From an uncultured beta proteobacterium (GTDB lineage: Bacteria; Pseudomonadota; Gammaproteobacteria; Burkholderiales; SG8-41), in assembly GCA_963699525.1 (NCBI GenBank), contig CAVOUI010000012.1, positions 47,839 to 111,838 on the forward strand: 64,000 bases of DNA. The letters are read 5' to 3'. Both the position numbers and the translations under genes were made by a program. Positions 58,873-64,000 of the stretch are shown here, in pieces (the first letter of the stretch is position 1; each line of letters begins with the position of its first letter). Under the pieces are notes generated by a model. It was not told the DNA's origin. It was given only the letters and a program-made list of their open reading frames with translations, and did not search any database.

Positions 58873-59412
58873 ATGCTCAAGATTCTCGGTATCGCCGTCG
58901 CCATCGCCGTTGCCATCGCCGTTGCCAGCGTGCTCCTGTACGCCGCAAACAAGCCCGATGCCTTCCGTGTCGAGCGCGAGACGAGCATCCAGGCGCCGCC
59001 GGAAAGGGTCTTTCCGCTCATCAATGACCTGCGCGCATTCAACGCGTGGAATCCCTTCGAGAAGAAGGATCCGAACCTCAAGGGGCATTACAGCGGCCCC
59101 TCAAGCGGTCGCGGCGCGGCGTATGCTTTCGATGGAAACAAGGACGTGGGCAAGGGCAGCATCGAGATCCTGGAGTCTTCGCCTCCATCGAAGGTCACGA
59201 TGAGGCTCGCCATGGTCGAGCCGTTCAAGGTCCGGAATACGGTCGAATTCACGCTCGTTCCCGCCGGCGGCGCGACCCACGTGACTTGGGCCATGCAGGG
59301 ACCGGCGCCGTTCATCGCGAAAGTCATCCACATGTTCATCGACATGGACCGGATGATCGGCAAGGACTTCGAAGCCGGCCTCGCCAGCCTCAAGGCGATG
59401 GCCGAGAAGTAG
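58873..59412 (+). CDS. SRPBCC-family protein with an N-terminal TM anchor
   Basis: AGAGAGGG Shine-Dalgarno before the ATG at 58873. Confidence 0.65.
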   Translation: MLKILGIAVAIAVAIAVASVLLYAANKPDAFRVERETSIQAPPERVFPLINDLRAFNAWNPFEKKDPNLKGHYSGPSSGRGAAYAFDGNKDVGKGSIEILESSPPSKVTMRLAMVEPFKVRNTVEFTLVPAGGATHVTWAMQGPAPFIAKVIHMFIDMDRMIGKDFEAGLASLKAMAEK

Positions 59413-59443
59413 TTGTCCCGAATTTCACGTCAGGAGAGCGCAG

Positions 59444-59905
59444 ATGTCCAAGGTCAATCCGGTCCCCGACGGGATGCACACCGTCACGCCGCACCTGGTT
59501 TGCGCCGGCGCGGCCGACGCGATCGAGTTCTACAAGAAAGCGTTCAACGCCGTGGAGGAAGGACGATTGCCCGGTCCGCAGGGGCGGATCATGCACGCGA
59601 TGATCCGCATCGAGGGCTCGGCCGTGATGCTGGTCGACGAAATGCCCGAGTGGGGCGCGCTCGGCCCGAAGTCCCTCAAGGGCTCGCCGGTCACGATCCA
59701 CCTCTACGTCGAGGATGTGGACGCGTTCGTCAAGCGCGCGGTCGCCGCGGGGGCGAAGGTCACGATGCCGGTGGCGGACCAGTTCTGGGGCGACCGTTAC
59801 GGGAAGCTCGAGGACCCGTTCGGCCACCACTGGTCCGTCGCTACTCACCTGCGCGACGTGACCGAGCAAGAGATGCAGCAGGCCATGAAGAAGATGGGCG
59901 GCTGA
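59444..59905 (+). CDS. VOC family (PhnB-like) protein
   Basis: 153 aa. Confidence 0.75.
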   Translation: MSKVNPVPDGMHTVTPHLVCAGAADAIEFYKKAFNAVEEGRLPGPQGRIMHAMIRIEGSAVMLVDEMPEWGALGPKSLKGSPVTIHLYVEDVDAFVKRAVAAGAKVTMPVADQFWGDRYGKLEDPFGHHWSVATHLRDVTEQEMQQAMKKMGG

Positions 59906-59922
59906 ACGGACGGGAGAACGGA

Positions 59923-60346
59923 ATGAAGTACTTGTGCCTGATTTGCGCCGAGAAGGTGATGGAGCAGATGACCGAAGCCGACGCCGAGCGGCATTTCGAG
60001 GAGTATCGGACCTTTCATCGCGGACATCCGGGCGAGCGGCCACTACCTCGGGTGCAACCGGCTGCTGCCGCCCGACAGCGCGACCACGATTCGCGTGCGC
60101 CAGGGCAAGGTTGCGATCACCGACGGACCCTGGGTCGAGACCAAGGAGCAGCTCGGCGGCTATTTCCTGATCGAGGCGCGGGATCTCGACGAGGCGATTA
60201 AAGTAGCGGCGCGGATACCGGGCGCCTGGATCGGCTGCGTGGAGGTGCGACCGGTTGCGGAGGATGCACGGACGCTCGAAGTCCTCGGGCTTCCCGGCGG
60301 AAGCGCGGCGGCGCGCGCTGGGATAGCTGCGGAGAAACGCAGGTAA
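59923..60346 (+). pseudogene. YciI-like protein with a +1 frameshift at 60016
   Basis: Removing c at 60016 restores ...EEYRTFIADIRASGHYLGCNRLL...[14 protein letters not shown]. Confidence 0.65.
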
Positions 60347-60370
60347 ACGGGAATCTGAAAGGAACGAACG

Positions 60371-61543
60371 ATGGCACGCAAATCGAGAAAGTCAGCAGCC
60401 CGCAGGCCGGGCGCAGGCCGCACCCTCCTCATGGTGGCGACGCGCAAGGGCGCGTGGCTGTATCACGGCGACGCGGCGCGGAAGACCTGGCGGGCGGACG
60501 GACCGCATTTCCTCGGCCACAACGTGAGCCACCTCGTGCTCGATCCGCGCGACGGGAAGACGTTGCTCGCCGCGGCGAAGACCGGTCATCTCGGGCCGAC
60601 GATCTTCCGCTCCACCGACCTCGGGAAGAGCTGGAAGGAAGCCGCCCGGCCGCCGGCATTCGCCAAGGCCGCCGACGGCAAGGAAGGCCGCTCGGTGGAT
60701 CACACCTTCTGGCTTGCGCCGGGCCGCGCGCAGGACCGCGACGTGTGGTACGCGGGCACCTCGCCGCAGGGCCTGTTCCGCTCGGCGGACGGCGGCGTCA
60801 CATGGGAGCCGTTCTCGATCATCAACGACGACCCGCAGTTCCGTGAATGGATGGGCACCCAGCAGGACGGCACGCCGGACGGGCCGAAGCTGCACTCGAT
60901 CATCGTGGACCCGCGCGACGGCCGGCACCTCTACATCGCGATGTCGGGCGGCGGCGTGCACGAGTCCACTGACGGCGGCCGCACCTGGAAGACGCTCATC
61001 AAGGGAATGGATGTCGTCGAGGGCTTCGGCTTCGACCCGGCCAAGCCCACTTTCCACGACCCGCACTGCGTGCGGCTCTGTCCCACCAACCCGGACCGCC
61101 TCTACCAGCAGAATCACTGCGGCATCTACCGGCTCGACCGTCCCTCCGACACCTGGGTGCGCATCGGCAAGAGCATGCCGAAGCAGGTCGGCGACATCGG
61201 CTTCCCGATGGTCGTGCACCCGCGCGACCCGGACACCGCGTGGGTATTCCCGATGGATGGCACGCAGGTTTGGCCGCGCACGAGCCCCGGCGGCAAGCCC
61301 GCGGCTTACGTCACGCGCAACGGTGGCACGACCTGGCAGCGGCTCGACGCCGGGCTGCCCAGGAGCCAGGCGTGGTGGACCGTAAAGCGCCAGTGCATGG
61401 CGGCGGATGCGTGCGATTCCGTCGCACTCTACGTCGGCAACAGTGGCGGGGAACTGTGGATGGGGCGCGACGAGGGCAAGCGCTGGTCCTGCATCGCGCA
61501 GCACCTGCCGGAGATCTACGCGGTCGAGACTGCGCAGCTGTAG
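60371..61543 (+). CDS. BNR/sialidase-like (Sortilin-Vps10 type) beta-propeller protein
   Basis: Repeated S-x-D-x-G-x-T-W motifs. Confidence 0.7.
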   Translation: MARKSRKSAARRPGAGRTLLMVATRKGAWLYHGDAARKTWRADGPHFLGHNVSHLVLDPRDGKTLLAAAKTGHLGPTIFRSTDLGKSWKEAARPPAFAKAADGKEGRSVDHTFWLAPGRAQDRDVWYAGTSPQGLFRSADGGVTWEPFSIINDDPQFREWMGTQQDGTPDGPKLHSIIVDPRDGRHLYIAMSGGGVHESTDGGRTWKTLIKGMDVVEGFGFDPAKPTFHDPHCVRLCPTNPDRLYQQNHCGIYRLDRPSDTWVRIGKSMPKQVGDIGFPMVVHPRDPDTAWVFPMDGTQVWPRTSPGGKPAAYVTRNGGTTWQRLDAGLPRSQAWWTVKRQCMAADACDSVALYVGNSGGELWMGRDEGKRWSCIAQHLPEIYAVETAQL

Positions 61544-61559
61544 CTATAAGTGCTGCACG

Positions 61560-61817
61560 ATGAAAGTCCTGATTCCCAGCGCGCTGCGCTCCTACACCGA
61601 GCGCGGAGAAACCGAAGCGAGCGGCGCGACGCTCGCCGCGGTGCTGGTGGACCTGGAGCGCCACTACCCCGGGATCCGCTTCCGCATGATCGACGAGCAG
61701 GACCGGATCCGGCGCCACATCCGAATTTTCGTCAACGGCGAGCAGGCGCGCGACCTGACGCAGCCGCTCGACGCGAAAGACGAAGTCATCATCGTCCAGG
61801 CGCTCTCCGGCGGCTGA
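61560..61817 (+). CDS. MoaD/ThiS-family sulfur-carrier-like protein ending in GG
   Basis: 85 aa; C-terminal ...ALSGG. Confidence 0.7.
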   Translation: MKVLIPSALRSYTERGETEASGATLAAVLVDLERHYPGIRFRMIDEQDRIRRHIRIFVNGEQARDLTQPLDAKDEVIIVQALSGG

Positions 61818-61836
61818 GACGGCAAGGAGGTTGCTC

Positions 61837-62583
61837 ATGAAATATTTGCTGCTGTGCTGCTTCAATGAGAAGGGGTGGAATGCGATTCCGGAGCCGCAGC
61901 GCGACGCGATCATGCGGGATTACGGCGCGCTGATTGAGAGCCTCCACAAGAGCGGTCACCACCTGACCACCGGCAAGCTGCAGCCAACGGCGGCTGCCGC
62001 CACCGTTCGCAGCAGGAACGGCAAGCCGGTCGTGAGCGACGGGCCTTTCGCCGAAACCAAGGAACATCTCGGCGGCTACCACCTGATCGAATGCCGGGAC
62101 CTGGACGAAGCGATCGCGATCGCGCAGCGCATCCCGACGCTTCCTTACGGCGGCGCAGTCGAAGTGCGCGCGCTCGAATACCTGAGAGGATTCACTATGA
62201 AATACGTATGCCTCGGATACATCGAGCCGGGCAAGTTCGAGAACATGTCCGAAAGCGAGCGTAATGCTTTCGTGGACGGATGCTTCACCTACGACGACGT
62301 GCTGCGCAAGAACGGGCATTTCACGGGCGGCGAGGCGCTCCAGCCCGCCAGCAGTGCCGTGACGCTGCGCCACCAGGGCGGCAAGGTAATCGTCACCGAC
62401 GGCCCCTATGCCGAGACCAAGGAGCAGCTCGGCGGCATCCTCATCCTGGAGGCGAACGACCTCAATCACGCCATCCAGCTCATGTCGAAGCACCCGGGCG
62501 TGCGCGCGGGTCCCTTCGAGATCCGCCCCGCTGCGGACCTGGCCGGCATGATCCGCGACAGCGAACAGCGTCGCGCGAAGTAA
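61837..62583 (+). CDS. Tandem YciI-like fusion (two DGPF domains in one frame; the second begins at an internal Shine-Dalgarno plus ATG at 62197)
   Basis: [14 protein letters not shown] and [14 protein letters not shown]; no stop between the domains. Confidence 0.65.
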   Translation: MKYLLLCCFNEKGWNAIPEPQRDAIMRDYGALIESLHKSGHHLTTGKLQPTAAAATVRSRNGKPVVSDGPFAETKEHLGGYHLIECRDLDEAIAIAQRIPTLPYGGAVEVRALEYLRGFTMKYVCLGYIEPGKFENMSESERNAFVDGCFTYDDVLRKNGHFTGGEALQPASSAVTLRHQGGKVIVTDGPYAETKEQLGGILILEANDLNHAIQLMSKHPGVRAGPFEIRPAADLAGMIRDSEQRRAK

Positions 62584-62588
62584 AGGCC

Positions 62589-63511
<923 letters not shown>

Positions 63512-63515
<4 letters not shown>

Positions 63516-64000
63516 GCACCGCGACGCGGGTCCCCGCATTCAACCGCCACGGAGTGCTCGCCATCTACCGGTTCGAGATGGCACGGTTCAGGCGCACGCT
63601 GTGGCAGAGCCTGGCGACACCGGTCATCATTACCTCGCTTTACTTCGTGGTGTTCGGGGCCGCAATCGGCTCGCGCATGGGCGAGGTGGACGCGGTGCCG
63701 TACGGCGCCTTCATCGTGCCCGGGCTGGTCATGCTGTCGATCTTCACCGAAAGCCTCAACAACGCGTCGTTCGGCATCTATCTTCCGCGCTTCACCGGCA
63801 CCATTTACGAGGTGCTTTCCGCGCCGGTGTCGCCGGTCGAGATGGTCCTGGGATACGTCGGGGCGGCGGCGACCAAGTCGGTGCTGCTCGGCCTGGTCAT
63901 CCTTGCAACTGCGAACGTGTTCGTGCCGCTGCAGATTGCGCACCCGGGATGGATGATCGCGTTCCTGGTCCTCACCGCGACCACATTCTGCCTGTTCGGC
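63512..64000 (+). CDS. ABC-2 family transporter permease (partial; runs off the window end)
   Basis: ATGA start/stop overlap; TM-rich open frame to the edge. Confidence 0.7.

Overview
This is a 64-kb, roughly 68% GC proteobacterial chromosomal segment. Nine TctC/Bug-family tripartite tricarboxylate receptor genes point to a Burkholderiales-like betaproteobacterium, but that placement is inference only. The coding content is mostly minus-strand catabolic clusters: TctC receptors interleaved with SDR/MDR dehydrogenases, an amidohydrolase, RidA-family proteins and an IorAB-type molybdenum hydroxylase. There is also a cell-wall block (SLT-domain protein, PBP1B, TPR lipoprotein), a Crp/Fnr and an AraC regulator, and an ECF-sigma/YciI/VOC/SRPBCC cluster. 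An ABC-2 exporter runs off the right edge. The main non-coding finding is a 1.7-kb minus-strand array of 17 tRNA-like genes (32983-34702) flanked by hairpin terminators. About half of these are structurally non-canonical: a 5-nt anticodon loop, a tRNA-Lys split by ~147 bp, a tRNA-Leu(CAG) with no long variable arm, an A54/T58-swapped T-loop, and degenerate His and Thr remnants. The second finding is a candidate UGSC-family selenoprotein (17786-18313) whose two ORF halves are joined by an in-frame TGA exactly at the U of a GG-U-GSC motif, followed by a hairpin. Two ~175-bp direct repeats, each carrying a full tRNA-Gln(CTG) plus leader, bracket a 9.7-kb segment; the second copy truncates a TctC gene through an AT-rich filler. 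At least 11 genes are broken by 1-2 nt indels in homopolymers or short repeats, which could be gene decay or assembly indel error. A ~95-bp TCCGG-rich intergenic element occurs twice upstream of a methyltransferase and an FAD-oxidase/AraC pair. I saw no CRISPR array, integrase, transposase or rRNA.
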